Source of the DNA: Microgenomates group bacterium
GTDB taxonomy: Bacteria > Patescibacteriota > Microgenomatia > UBA1400 > MFAQ01
NCBI GenBank assembly: GCA_049303575.1
Contig: JBAQNH010000002.1
Location: 444,541-508,540, forward strand
Length of the DNA stretch: 64,000 bases
Direction of reading: 5' to 3'
Within the stretch, counting starts at the first letter, position 1, and each line of letters opens with the position of its first letter. The position numbers and the translations under genes are program-made. The notes beneath the pieces are model-generated. The model saw only the letters and a list, made by a program, of their open reading frames with translations, searched no databases and was not told the origin of the DNA. Shown here piece after piece: positions 18,600 to 27,858 of the stretch.

Positions 18600-19538
18600 A
18601 TGAAAGAAATTCTAATTACAGGCAGCGAAGGCTTTGCCGGCCAACATCTTTGGAGAGAGCTGAAAAATAATGAGTACGATGTTTTTGGCACAACTCTGAA
18701 TGCTCCGGAAACCGGACTTCCAGAAAATGTTTACGTTTGCGATATTCAAAAACAAGATAACTTGTTCAAATTGATTTCCGAGATAAAACCAGAGGCTATT
18801 TTCCATCTAGCCGCTCAACCAAAACCAGGGCTTTCTTTCAATATTCCCCAAAAAACATTCGAGATCAATACCATTGGCACGTTGAATTTATTGGAATCAG
18901 TTAGAGGCATTCCCAACTACCATCCAAGAATTATTATGATAGGAACGTCGGAAGAACACGGTGTTGTCCATTCAGAAAAACTTCCCATTACCGAAGAAAC
19001 TCCTCTAAATCCCATTAATCCTTATTCTATTAGCAAAACAGCAAACTGGTTTTTAGCCAGAGAATATGTTCAGTCTTTTAATTTTGATATCGTTTATGCC
19101 ACTCCCTTTAACCACACCGGACCGGGACAATCTCTTGGATTTATTGCACCCGACATTGCTTCACAAATTGCCGAAATTGAAAAAGGAATAAAAGAACCTG
19201 TTTTGTTGACGGGTGATCTTTCCTCAAAAAGAGACATCAGTGACGTTCGAGATGTTGTACGTGCATACAGACTTCTCATGGAAAAGGGGAAAACAGGAGA
19301 GCGTTACATCATTTGTTCGGGAAAAAGTGTGTCGATGAGTGAGATAGTATCAAAATTAATTTCACTATCAAAAGTCACCGTTGATCACAAGATTGACCCC
19401 ACTCGCTTTAGACCTTCTGATATACCAGATCTTTACGGTAGTCACGAAAAAATAACCCAAACAACCAGTTGGATACCTGAAATCTCTCTAGAAAAAACTC
19501 TTCAAGATCTCTTGGACTGGTATCGTACAAAAGGGTAA
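18600..19538 (+). CDS. rmd: GDP-4-dehydro-6-deoxy-D-mannose reductase (Rmd-like; GDP-D-rhamnose or GDP-6-deoxy-talose synthase)
   Basis: ITGSEGFAGQHL, FHLAAQ, NPYSISKTANWFLAREY and ATPFNHTGPGQS track remembered Pseudomonas Rmd (TGLSGFVGKHL, NPYAVSKLAAE, ARPFNHIGPGQ). Confidence 0.75.
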   Translation: MKEILITGSEGFAGQHLWRELKNNEYDVFGTTLNAPETGLPENVYVCDIQKQDNLFKLISEIKPEAIFHLAAQPKPGLSFNIPQKTFEINTIGTLNLLESVRGIPNYHPRIIMIGTSEEHGVVHSEKLPITEETPLNPINPYSISKTANWFLAREYVQSFNFDIVYATPFNHTGPGQSLGFIAPDIASQIAEIEKGIKEPVLLTGDLSSKRDISDVRDVVRAYRLLMEKGKTGERYIICSGKSVSMSEIVSKLISLSKVTVDHKIDPTRFRPSDIPDLYGSHEKITQTTSWIPEISLEKTLQDLLDWYRTKG

Positions 19539-19547
19539 GATATAAAA

Positions 19548-20801
19548 GTGGAAAGTATAAAAAAACTTCTCTTGTCACAGACAATTAAGGACACCTTGAT
19601 CAGTTTCATAGGGTTAGGTTTCGCCGCAGTGGTTGGTTTTGTATTCACCATTATTCTCGCCCGCACCCTCGGTCCTGAACAATTTGGGGTCTTTTCTGCT
19701 GTTGTTGCTCTTGTCGCCATTGTCTATAGTCTTGGTGATCTAGGCATCGCCTCTGCACTTATAAACTTTATTCCCAAACTCAAAGATCTACGACCGATAC
19801 TCATCGGTACCTCTTTTTGGTTTGAGATTATCATCGGTATTTTTATTCTTGTCTTGTTTTCCGTTTTTGGAATTTTTCATCAGCAAATCATTCCCGGCTC
19901 TTTGCTTTCTCAGCTACTTATCGCCGGAATTCTCGCCGTTAACTATCTTTTTATTAACTATGTTCAGGGAATCTTTACTGCCGAGAGACGTTTCTTAGGT
20001 TACTCATTTATCCAAATTATTGATGCTGGAGTAAAAATTGTCATTGTTTTGTTTCTATTATCTTTGAGTCGTCTATCTATCGAAACCGCACTCCTCGCCA
20101 ATGTCGTTTCTACAATCATTGCCTTGTTAATTACTTTTGGTAAGGACTTTCTTGGAATAAAACCTTCGTACAATAAGGAAATTCTTGAAAAGCTTTTTCA
20201 TTTTGCCAAATGGATTGCCGTCACCCGATTCTTTTCCGTCTTTATCTCTCGTATTGATATTATTCTTCTCAATCTACTTTCTAGTAGTTTTCAGGCCGGT
20301 ATTTTTGCCGCCGCTAATCGCATTACTCTCCTTTTTTCGCTTTTGGTTTCCAGTTTGGGCGCGGTCATCAACCCTCGTTTTTCCGGTTTCGATTCAAAAG
20401 ACAAAGTTATTTCTTACATCAAAAAGCTTCTTGGACTAATTGTTCTAGTTACCGGGTTGATGCTCATATCTGCTTTACTTGCGAAGCCAATCATTAATAT
20501 TGTCTTCGGAGACAAGTTTGTTGCCGCCATTCCCGTATTCCAGGCCTTAACTGTGGCTATGATCCCCTTTATTTTTTCTATGGCCACCACCTCGGCATTA
20601 ATATATACCTACAATCAAACAAAGTTTATTGCCCAGTTAACAGCCTTTCAGGTCATTCTTATGGTAATAATCGAATTGATTCTCATTCCCTCTCTCGGCT
20701 CTTTCGCCCCCCCCATTGCCCTAGGAATTACCAACACCCTTGCACTTCTTATTACTGGAACCAAACTTTTTCGATTACTTACCAAAAATGAAGACAAATA
20801 A
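19548..20801 (+). CDS. Wzx-like polysaccharide flippase (MOP superfamily)
   Basis: Twelve predicted TM helices across 417 aa with no soluble domain. Confidence 0.6.
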   Translation: MESIKKLLLSQTIKDTLISFIGLGFAAVVGFVFTIILARTLGPEQFGVFSAVVALVAIVYSLGDLGIASALINFIPKLKDLRPILIGTSFWFEIIIGIFILVLFSVFGIFHQQIIPGSLLSQLLIAGILAVNYLFINYVQGIFTAERRFLGYSFIQIIDAGVKIVIVLFLLSLSRLSIETALLANVVSTIIALLITFGKDFLGIKPSYNKEILEKLFHFAKWIAVTRFFSVFISRIDIILLNLLSSSFQAGIFAAANRITLLFSLLVSSLGAVINPRFSGFDSKDKVISYIKKLLGLIVLVTGLMLISALLAKPIINIVFGDKFVAAIPVFQALTVAMIPFIFSMATTSALIYTYNQTKFIAQLTAFQVILMVIIELILIPSLGSFAPPIALGITNTLALLITGTKLFRLLTKNEDK

Positions 20802-21624
20802 AATAGTTGTTCATTGCATAGTTAAAAATGAAGAAAACTTCATTTGGTACGCACTTCAATCTGTTCTTCCTTTTGTTGACAAAATTATGATTTGGGATAC
20901 CGGCTCGGAGGACAAAACCGTGGAAATTATCAAATCCATGGACTCTCCCAAGATAGATTTTGTCGAAAAAGGATCGGTCGACTCGGAAACACACACAAAA
21001 TTGAGAGGAGAGATGTTAGATAAAACAGACAAACAAAAATACCGCTGGCTTTTGATTCTTGATGGTGATGAAATTTGGGGCAAAAAAGAAATAATCAAAA
21101 TGATCGAGATTGCCAACAAGAAAGAACCATCAGCAATTGTCGTGAGAACTATCAACCTGGTTGGTGACATCTACCATAAACTACCGGAGTCGTCAGGAAA
21201 ATACGAAATTGCTGGTCAAAAAGGACACCTTTCAATTAGACTTATCGATCTATCGTTAAAAAATCTTAAGGTAATGAACCCTCATGGCGGTCAGACATAC
21301 ACCACCTCCGGAACCGCCATTCAAAATCTGCCGATTAAAGAATTATTCTTCTCGGAAGAAATCTATTTTTTTCACACCACCCACCTTGAAAGATCTTCTC
21401 TTGATAGTAAAACTCTGAAACGCAGTTTCAAGCGGAAATATGAAATAGGGGAAAAAATAAAAACAAACTCATTACCAGAAATCTTCTTTCAAAAACATCC
21501 TTCAATTGTTCCGGAAGTAACCAAGCCAATGAGTGTGGTTATCTTTCTACGTTGCCTCCTGGAAACCATCCCTAAACGCCTCAAGAGAAAATTTTTCCCA
21601 TCCAAAAAATCCGGCTATATATGA
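20788..21624 (+). CDS. GT2-like glycosyltransferase
   Basis: HCIVKNEENFI...DKIMIWDTGSEDKTVEII matches the GT2 pattern (v.NEe..l...l.s.....DEiiVvDtGStD.T.ei). The track ORF starts at 20740; the ATG at 20788 avoids the overlap. Confidence 0.55.
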   Translation: MKTNKIVVHCIVKNEENFIWYALQSVLPFVDKIMIWDTGSEDKTVEIIKSMDSPKIDFVEKGSVDSETHTKLRGEMLDKTDKQKYRWLLILDGDEIWGKKEIIKMIEIANKKEPSAIVVRTINLVGDIYHKLPESSGKYEIAGQKGHLSIRLIDLSLKNLKVMNPHGGQTYTTSGTAIQNLPIKELFFSEEIYFFHTTHLERSSLDSKTLKRSFKRKYEIGEKIKTNSLPEIFFQKHPSIVPEVTKPMSVVIFLRCLLETIPKRLKRKFFPSKKSGYI

Positions 21625-22382
21625 TTGGTCAAGAAAAATACTATCAGTTGGCAAAAGAAGCCAGTTCACAGATTAAAAATCACCCCGGTCTTTTAACAAT
21701 CCAAAGATTTGCCTCAAAATCTAAAAAAATTCTCGATGTGGGTTGTGGTGAAGGAACTCGTCTCAATTTGTTCTCCGGAAAAGCAAAAAATGGAACCGGT
21801 GTGGATGTCAGCTCTTTTGCTCTTCACAAAGCAAACAAGCAGTACCCTCGCCATAACTTTGTTCTAGTCAAAGATGAGGAGCTCCCTTTCACTTCCAACA
21901 CATTTGACTTGGTTTATACCACGTTTGTTCTCGAACACACCCAAAATCAAGAACTATTTATCAAAGAAATGATTAGAGTAACCAGGGAAGATGGATTGAT
22001 TGCCATTCTCTGTCCCAATTATGGTTCTCCAAATCGCCGTTCACCAGTATCCACAGAAACGCCATTAAAAAAACTGTTACTTGGTTTTCTTCAGGATATT
22101 ATTCCATCGGGAAAATCGTCCTTGTCATTTACCAAGGTTACCCCAAAAAAAATCTTCAAGAACCCCGACGACGACACTACTTGTGAGCCATACTTACTCA
22201 AACTTCAAAGATATGTTTCTCATTTTTCAAATATTAAAATTGAAAAATCCTCTTCACTTTGGGAGATTGACGACCAGGCAAACAGTATTCATCAAAGATT
22301 GTTTAAATATCTTGGAACACAAAACATTTTTCCTTTTAAATACTATGGCCCACAGCTCTTTATTGTTTTAAGAAAGATCTAG
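21621..22382 (+). CDS. Class I SAM-dependent methyltransferase (type 11-like)
   Basis: ILDVGCGEGTRLN is motif I; VDVS and FDLVYTTFVLEH follow downstream. Confidence 0.7.
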   Translation: MIGQEKYYQLAKEASSQIKNHPGLLTIQRFASKSKKILDVGCGEGTRLNLFSGKAKNGTGVDVSSFALHKANKQYPRHNFVLVKDEELPFTSNTFDLVYTTFVLEHTQNQELFIKEMIRVTREDGLIAILCPNYGSPNRRSPVSTETPLKKLLLGFLQDIIPSGKSSLSFTKVTPKKIFKNPDDDTTCEPYLLKLQRYVSHFSNIKIEKSSSLWEIDDQANSIHQRLFKYLGTQNIFPFKYYGPQLFIVLRKI

Positions 22383-23074
22383 TCTTCCAGGTTATATTTC
22401 AAAATACACCACAAAGCCCAGACACCATCTTTCCAATTGATTTTTTTTCCTTGGTCGTAGTTTCTTCCCGAGTAACTAACCCCGATTTCATAAACCCGGC
22501 ACTGCATTCTCGCAATCTTAGCTGTAAACTCCGGTTCCATACCAAAACGATTTTCTTGGAGATTTAGATTGTCGGCAACCTTGCGGGTGAACATCTTATA
22601 CCCCGTTTCCATGTCGGTGAGGTTGATGTTGGTCATCATATTTGATACCAGTGTCAGAAATTTGTTCCCTACCATGTGCCAGTAGTTGAGAACTCGGTGG
22701 GGTCTGTCACCCAGGAAACGAGAGCCGAAAACAACATCTGCCTTTTTGTCTAGAATTGGCTGAAGAAGTAGGGGATACTCCTTCGGGTTGTACTCCAGGT
22801 CGGCGTCTTGGATGATTATGATGTCTCCTGTTATTTCCTTTAGTCCTCGTCTTATGGCCGACCCCTTTCCCTGGTTTTTCTTTTGGAAAAATACTTTTAC
22901 TTTCTTACTTCTTATTTTTTTCAATATTTGAGTCGTACCATCCTTCGAACCATCATCCACCACAATTATCTCCTTGGCTAGTTTTCCAATATTTGCTTTC
23001 AAAACTGCCGAAATAGCCTTTTTGATAAAAGCCTTTTCGTTGTACACCGGCATAATAACTGATAGCTTTTTCAT
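22379..23074 (-). CDS. Polyprenyl-phosphate glycosyltransferase (GT2, DPM1/ArnC/GtrB-like)
   Basis: LSVIMPVYNEK, IIVVDDGSKDGT and IIIQDADLEYNP match the layout of Dpm1-type polyprenol-P-sugar synthases. Confidence 0.8.
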   Translation of the reverse strand: MKKLSVIMPVYNEKAFIKKAISAVLKANIGKLAKEIIVVDDGSKDGTTQILKKIRSKKVKVFFQKKNQGKGSAIRRGLKEITGDIIIIQDADLEYNPKEYPLLLQPILDKKADVVFGSRFLGDRPHRVLNYWHMVGNKFLTLVSNMMTNINLTDMETGYKMFTRKVADNLNLQENRFGMEPEFTAKIARMQCRVYEIGVSYSGRNYDQGKKINWKDGVWALWCILKYNLED

Positions 23075-23099
23075 TCTGGCTCTAGTTTACAATAAGATT

Positions 23100-24185
23100 A
23101 TGAAACTAGCGTTTGTAAATTTCTATTCCGGAATTGCCCAAAGGGGAGGGGAGACCTATGTTAATTCATTAGCCGAAAAACTTTCTCGAAGACATCAGGT
23201 CTATGTTTTCCAGGCGGGGCCGCAAAAAGAAAAAGGATTATATCGGATTGAGGAAATAAAAATTTCCTTTAATCCAAACCATTCTCATTCAAAACTTCCG
23301 GTAACTCACATACTCAAACGTCTCTTTCTAGACTATTTTCACCTCAAAGAACTGATATTTACGATAAAGCTCTTACCCAGACTTTGGAAAATCAAACCGG
23401 ATATTATCTTTCCCCAAAATTCAGGATGGGAAGTATTGTTACTTCGAATGTTTTCTACCATTATTCGCTCCAAGGTAATTGTCGCCGGACAATCCGGTCC
23501 CGGTTGGAACGACAGGATTAATCTTTATGTACGCCCGGATATTTTTGTAGCACTAACCAAAAACCAGGCTAATTGGGCCCAAAGAATCACCCCCTGGAAA
23601 GATCAAAAAATCGTCGTGATACCCAATGGTGTTGATTTGGAAAGATTTTTACCCAAAGGAAAGAAACAAGCCATCAGTCTTTCAAAACCAATAGTACTAG
23701 TAGTAGGTGCCGCCATAAAAAGCAAAAGAATTAAAGACACCATTAGGGCTGTTGCCAGGCTAAAAAATACTTCATTGCTCGTGGCTGGTACCGGTCCTCT
23801 GGAAAAAGATGAAGACCTCCTTGGAAAGAAATTATTGGGAAGTCGATATGAAAGAATTAAGGTAGCTCATGAGGACATGCCCAATATCTATCGCAGCGTT
23901 GATACTTTTACTCTATGTTCCGACAGTAGTGAAGCTTTCGGTATTGTCTACCTCGAAGCTCTCGCATCCGGTCTTCCCTGTGTGGTTACGGATGACGCCA
24001 GCCGTCGGGAAATTCTTAATGATGCCGGCATTTATGTGAAAGATCCAGAAGACCAAAAAGAGTACGCCGACAAGTTAAAGGAAGCCCTTCTCCAAAAATC
24101 ACCCGAAAAATATCTTAAACGGGCAGAAAAATATTCCTGGGACAAAATCGCCGACAAGTATGAAAAAATCCTGGACAAAAAATAG
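23100..24185 (+). CDS. Glycosyltransferase family 4
   Basis: MKLAFVNFYSGIAQRGGETYV at the N-terminus; SEAFGIVYLEALASGLPCVVTD is EX7E. The track ORF starts at 22974, but the ATG at 23100 lies clear of the divergent neighbour. Confidence 0.75.
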   Translation: MKLAFVNFYSGIAQRGGETYVNSLAEKLSRRHQVYVFQAGPQKEKGLYRIEEIKISFNPNHSHSKLPVTHILKRLFLDYFHLKELIFTIKLLPRLWKIKPDIIFPQNSGWEVLLLRMFSTIIRSKVIVAGQSGPGWNDRINLYVRPDIFVALTKNQANWAQRITPWKDQKIVVIPNGVDLERFLPKGKKQAISLSKPIVLVVGAAIKSKRIKDTIRAVARLKNTSLLVAGTGPLEKDEDLLGKKLLGSRYERIKVAHEDMPNIYRSVDTFTLCSDSSEAFGIVYLEALASGLPCVVTDDASRREILNDAGIYVKDPEDQKEYADKLKEALLQKSPEKYLKRAEKYSWDKIADKYEKILDKK

Positions 24186-24852
24186 TCATCAAATCCTGGA
24201 GCAGGCGACTAATCTCGATAATTACAATCGCTGGATTATTTCCATCTTCAAACAATATTTCGGAAATAATATTCTTGAAGTTGGTTCAGGACTTGGTGGT
24301 CTCTCTCAGTATTTACCCCACGTAAATATCACCCTATCTGATGTTCGCACCGATTATTTCAAACATTTAAAGACTCGGTTTGATTACGCAACAGTCAAAT
24401 TAAATATTGAAAAAGGATCACTAGATAAACTAATTAATTCTTACGACACCATATTTTCCTCCAATGTTTTTGAGCATCTTCAAGACGATCGGAAAGCCAT
24501 CAAAAACTGCTTCTCACTCTTAGAGCCGAGAGGAAAATTGTTGCTCTTTGTTCCTGCTCGTCCTGAAATAATAGGACAACTCGACAAAGCCATGGGTCAT
24601 TATCGTCGGTACACCAAAGAAGAATTATCAAAGAAGGCTATCAGCGCAGGATTCAAAATAATCAAAATTAAATACGTTAATTTTCCGGGCTATTTCACTT
24701 GGTGGTTAAGAGGCAGGTTGCCTGCAAAAACAAAATCCGATGGTTTTCTGGCCAAAGCATTCGATACTCTTATCGTTCCACTTTTATATCTAGAAAAACA
24801 CATCACCATTCCTTTTGGCCAAAGTTTGATGTTGGTTACCCAAAAACCTTGA
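24160..24852 (+). CDS. Class I SAM-dependent methyltransferase
   Basis: ILEVGSGLGGLSQYL is motif I, LSDV follows, and FSSNVFEHLQDD is motif II/III. Confidence 0.65.
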   Translation: MKKSWTKNSHQILEQATNLDNYNRWIISIFKQYFGNNILEVGSGLGGLSQYLPHVNITLSDVRTDYFKHLKTRFDYATVKLNIEKGSLDKLINSYDTIFSSNVFEHLQDDRKAIKNCFSLLEPRGKLLLFVPARPEIIGQLDKAMGHYRRYTKEELSKKAISAGFKIIKIKYVNFPGYFTWWLRGRLPAKTKSDGFLAKAFDTLIVPLLYLEKHITIPFGQSLMLVTQKP

Positions 24853-25833
24853 TTACTGTTTTGCCTTAGGAATATTTACTTCCGCTTCCCAAGCCGAAGC
24901 AATTATTTCTTCTATCCCTGGGTATTTAGGAATCCATCCTAACTCCGCTTTGGCTTTTTCGGAGGAAGCCACTAGTCTGGCCGGGTCACCTGCTCGTCTC
25001 TCGCCCATAACTACAGGTACGGGTTTCCCAGTGACTTTTTCTACCGAGGCAATTACTTCTTTTACAGAGTAACCGGCACCATTACCCAAATTAAATTCAT
25101 TGGTGGAAGAAGTTTCCATTTTTTGTATTGCCAAAAGGTGGGCGTCAATCAAGTCGGAGACATGAACATAATCGCGGACACATGTTCCGTCGGGAGTGTC
25201 ATAGTCAGTGCCGAAGATAGCGATGTTTGGTCTCTCTCCTTTGACTACCTGAAAAACTAAGGGAATCAGATGAGACTCCTGAACATGTTGCTCTTTACTC
25301 TGTGTCGTTGCTCCACAAGCGTTAAAGTAGCGGAAAATGGTGTACTTCAGACCGTAGGCTTCGGCATATCTCTTGATTACTTTTTCAAAGAAATACTTTG
25401 ACTCTCCATAAGGATTAATAGGATCCTTTTCGGCACTCTCATTTATTGGCACTATTTTTGGATTACCAAAAACAGCCGCTGTCGATGAAAAAATAATTTT
25501 TTTGACATTGTTCCGCATCATGCCGTCAAGAAGATCCACTCCCTGCCCCAGATTATTTTGGAAATATTTCCCCGGTTCTTTTACTGATTCACCAACTTGA
25601 ATTAATCCCGCAAAATCCAAAACTGTGTCAATCTGGTGTTCTGTAAAAATCTTGTCCAGTAAGGCTCCATCTCCTTTATCGCCTTGGTAAAAAGCAGCTT
25701 TCGGATGAATATTTTCTTTATGACCGGTTTTGAGGTTATCAAGAATTATCACTTCGTCACCTCGATCAATCATTTTTTCTACACAAACGCCTCCAATATA
25801 GCCGGCTCCGCCGACAACTAAATATTTACTCAT
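24853..25833 (-). CDS. galE: UDP-glucose 4-epimerase
   Basis: MSKYLVVGGAGYIGGVCV, the SSTAAVFG region and NPYGESKYFFE (Y-x3-K) are classic GalE motifs. Confidence 0.9.
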   Translation of the reverse strand: MSKYLVVGGAGYIGGVCVEKMIDRGDEVIILDNLKTGHKENIHPKAAFYQGDKGDGALLDKIFTEHQIDTVLDFAGLIQVGESVKEPGKYFQNNLGQGVDLLDGMMRNNVKKIIFSSTAAVFGNPKIVPINESAEKDPINPYGESKYFFEKVIKRYAEAYGLKYTIFRYFNACGATTQSKEQHVQESHLIPLVFQVVKGERPNIAIFGTDYDTPDGTCVRDYVHVSDLIDAHLLAIQKMETSSTNEFNLGNGAGYSVKEVIASVEKVTGKPVPVVMGERRAGDPARLVASSEKAKAELGWIPKYPGIEEIIASAWEAEVNIPKAKQ

Positions 25834-25864
25834 ACTTTATGTTACTACAGCTATAATTGATTTA

Positions 25865-27145
25865 ATGAATTTTTTCGATAATCTGAAAAAGAAATTTCGC
25901 GTCCACAGATATCTGATTTTAATTATTATTTTATTTGCAATCGGTACTTTTTTGAGGCTATACAACTTTCAAAACCGTTTGATTTTTGGTCCAGAACAGG
26001 CAATTTCTTTGATTACCGCTTCCTCGTACCTTGATAAGTTTTCCTTGTTGGGCGAAGTAAATCTTCAAAGAACCACTAGTACGGGTTTAAATCCATTTCA
26101 TGGAGCCTACTTTAATTATTTTCTTGTTCCATTTGTCATCTTATTTAAATTCAACCCCTTACCAATTACTTATTTTTTCTTATTCCTAAACCTCTTTACT
26201 GCTTATCTTTTTTTGTATGTTTCAAACAAGTTATTCGGAAAATTAATGGCTGTATTTGCCCTAATATACTTTTTATTCAGTTCCAAGATGATTCACCACT
26301 CTCTCTTTATATGGAATCTAAATTTTTTGCCCTTACTCGGAATTCTTGTTCTGTGGATACTTGCCAATCTTTATAAAAATCGACAAAAAGTAATCTACCC
26401 TTTCTGGCTAGGTATTATCGGTGGTATTGGTTTCGGTCTCCAATATTTATTTTTACCGTTCATAATTTTTACCTTTGTTCTTTCGATTCTATTGTCAAAA
26501 AAGAAAATCCAATCAATTATTGCCTTTGTTGTCGGAATAATAATTGGAGGCTTATCAATGGTTATTTTTGATCTTCGTCACGATTTTTATTACACAAGAA
26601 CTTTGTGGCAGTACTTTATTGATTCAATCAACAATAGGGTTAATGGCGGAATTCATTACTATGATTTTATGTATCTTTTACCATATCTATTTTTGATTTA
26701 TGCCGCGGTTACAACCGTACTCTACAAGACATGGAAACCACTGTGTTTAATTCCCCTTACCATCTTTATCTTCATTAGCTTAAAATCACCTCAAATTAAT
26801 TACCAAAACTCCACAGGAGTGGCCCCAGGAATCACTCTTAAGGCTCTTGAATCTGCTTCAGCAACTATTGCAGCTGACAACCCTCCAAAAAAATACAATG
26901 TGGTGACTCTCTGGGATTTTGATACTCGTGCTCATACCCTCCGTTACTTTCTAACTAATTACTACAAACGACCTCCCCAAGGAGTGGAAGAATACAAAAA
27001 TATAGATGCTTTATATGCATTTGCTCCAGAAGGCTACAATATTGATAGTCCTAATGTGTATGAACTCAACTCATTCTTTCCATATAAAATTACTGAGTTA
27101 TCATCAAATACCACAGGTTACCGTCTATACAAGCTAACCAAATGA
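25865..27145 (+). CDS. Polytopic membrane protein (candidate GT-C-type transferase)
   Basis: About 10 TM segments followed by a ~110 aa C-terminal soluble region. Sits inside a GT2/GT-C cluster. Confidence 0.4.
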   Translation: MNFFDNLKKKFRVHRYLILIIILFAIGTFLRLYNFQNRLIFGPEQAISLITASSYLDKFSLLGEVNLQRTTSTGLNPFHGAYFNYFLVPFVILFKFNPLPITYFFLFLNLFTAYLFLYVSNKLFGKLMAVFALIYFLFSSKMIHHSLFIWNLNFLPLLGILVLWILANLYKNRQKVIYPFWLGIIGGIGFGLQYLFLPFIIFTFVLSILLSKKKIQSIIAFVVGIIIGGLSMVIFDLRHDFYYTRTLWQYFIDSINNRVNGGIHYYDFMYLLPYLFLIYAAVTTVLYKTWKPLCLIPLTIFIFISLKSPQINYQNSTGVAPGITLKALESASATIAADNPPKKYNVVTLWDFDTRAHTLRYFLTNYYKRPPQGVEEYKNIDALYAFAPEGYNIDSPNVYELNSFFPYKITELSSNTTGYRLYKLTK

Positions 27146-27858
27146 CCCTCACAATTGTCGTCCCTACTCTAAACGAAGAAAAAGATTTATACAAAACGCT
27201 ATCTTCAGTCAAAGACTTGGCCGATGAAATTTTGGTGATTGATTCCGGTTCAACCGATAAAACCATTGAGATAGCTAAAAATTATGGAGCCAGAGTCGTT
27301 AACCATTCATTTACTTCTTTCTCCGACACCAGAAACTTTGGCAACGATGAGGCAAAAGGAAACTGGATACTCTCCATCGAAGCCGATGTTGTTGTCTCCC
27401 AAGAATTAGGGACCGAAATACGTCAAGCCATCGAAGAAAATAAATACTCTGCTTTTTATATTCCCCGTCTCAATCTCATTTGGGGCAAACCAATTCGTCA
27501 TACCGACTGGGGTCCTCGCGACGACTGTCATATCTGGCTCTACCAAAAGGGGAGTGGTGCTTGGCAAAGTCTGGTTCACGAAGAATATGTGACGACAAAA
27601 CCGACCGGCAAACTCAAAAACTACTTGGTTCACAAAAATTACGAAACCATTTCTGAGTTTATCGACAAAGTTGATCGTTATTCCAGTCTGGCCGTCAAAC
27701 AGAAAAACATTTTTCCAAACTGGTGGTTCTTGCGCGACTTTTTCAAACGCTATTTCTACAAGCTTGGTTTCTTGGATGGCTATCACGGTTTGTTTTTAAG
27801 TTATCTGCAATCTGTGTATTACCTTACCCTTACGGTCAAAAACAAAACCAAGCAATGA
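27142..27858 (+). CDS. Glycosyltransferase family 2
   Basis: LTIVVPTLNEEKDL and ILVIDSGSTDKTIEIAK are the GT2 DxD-region architecture. ATGA overlap with the upstream gene. Confidence 0.7.
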   Translation: MTLTIVVPTLNEEKDLYKTLSSVKDLADEILVIDSGSTDKTIEIAKNYGARVVNHSFTSFSDTRNFGNDEAKGNWILSIEADVVVSQELGTEIRQAIEENKYSAFYIPRLNLIWGKPIRHTDWGPRDDCHIWLYQKGSGAWQSLVHEEYVTTKPTGKLKNYLVHKNYETISEFIDKVDRYSSLAVKQKNIFPNWWFLRDFFKRYFYKLGFLDGYHGLFLSYLQSVYYLTLTVKNKTKQ

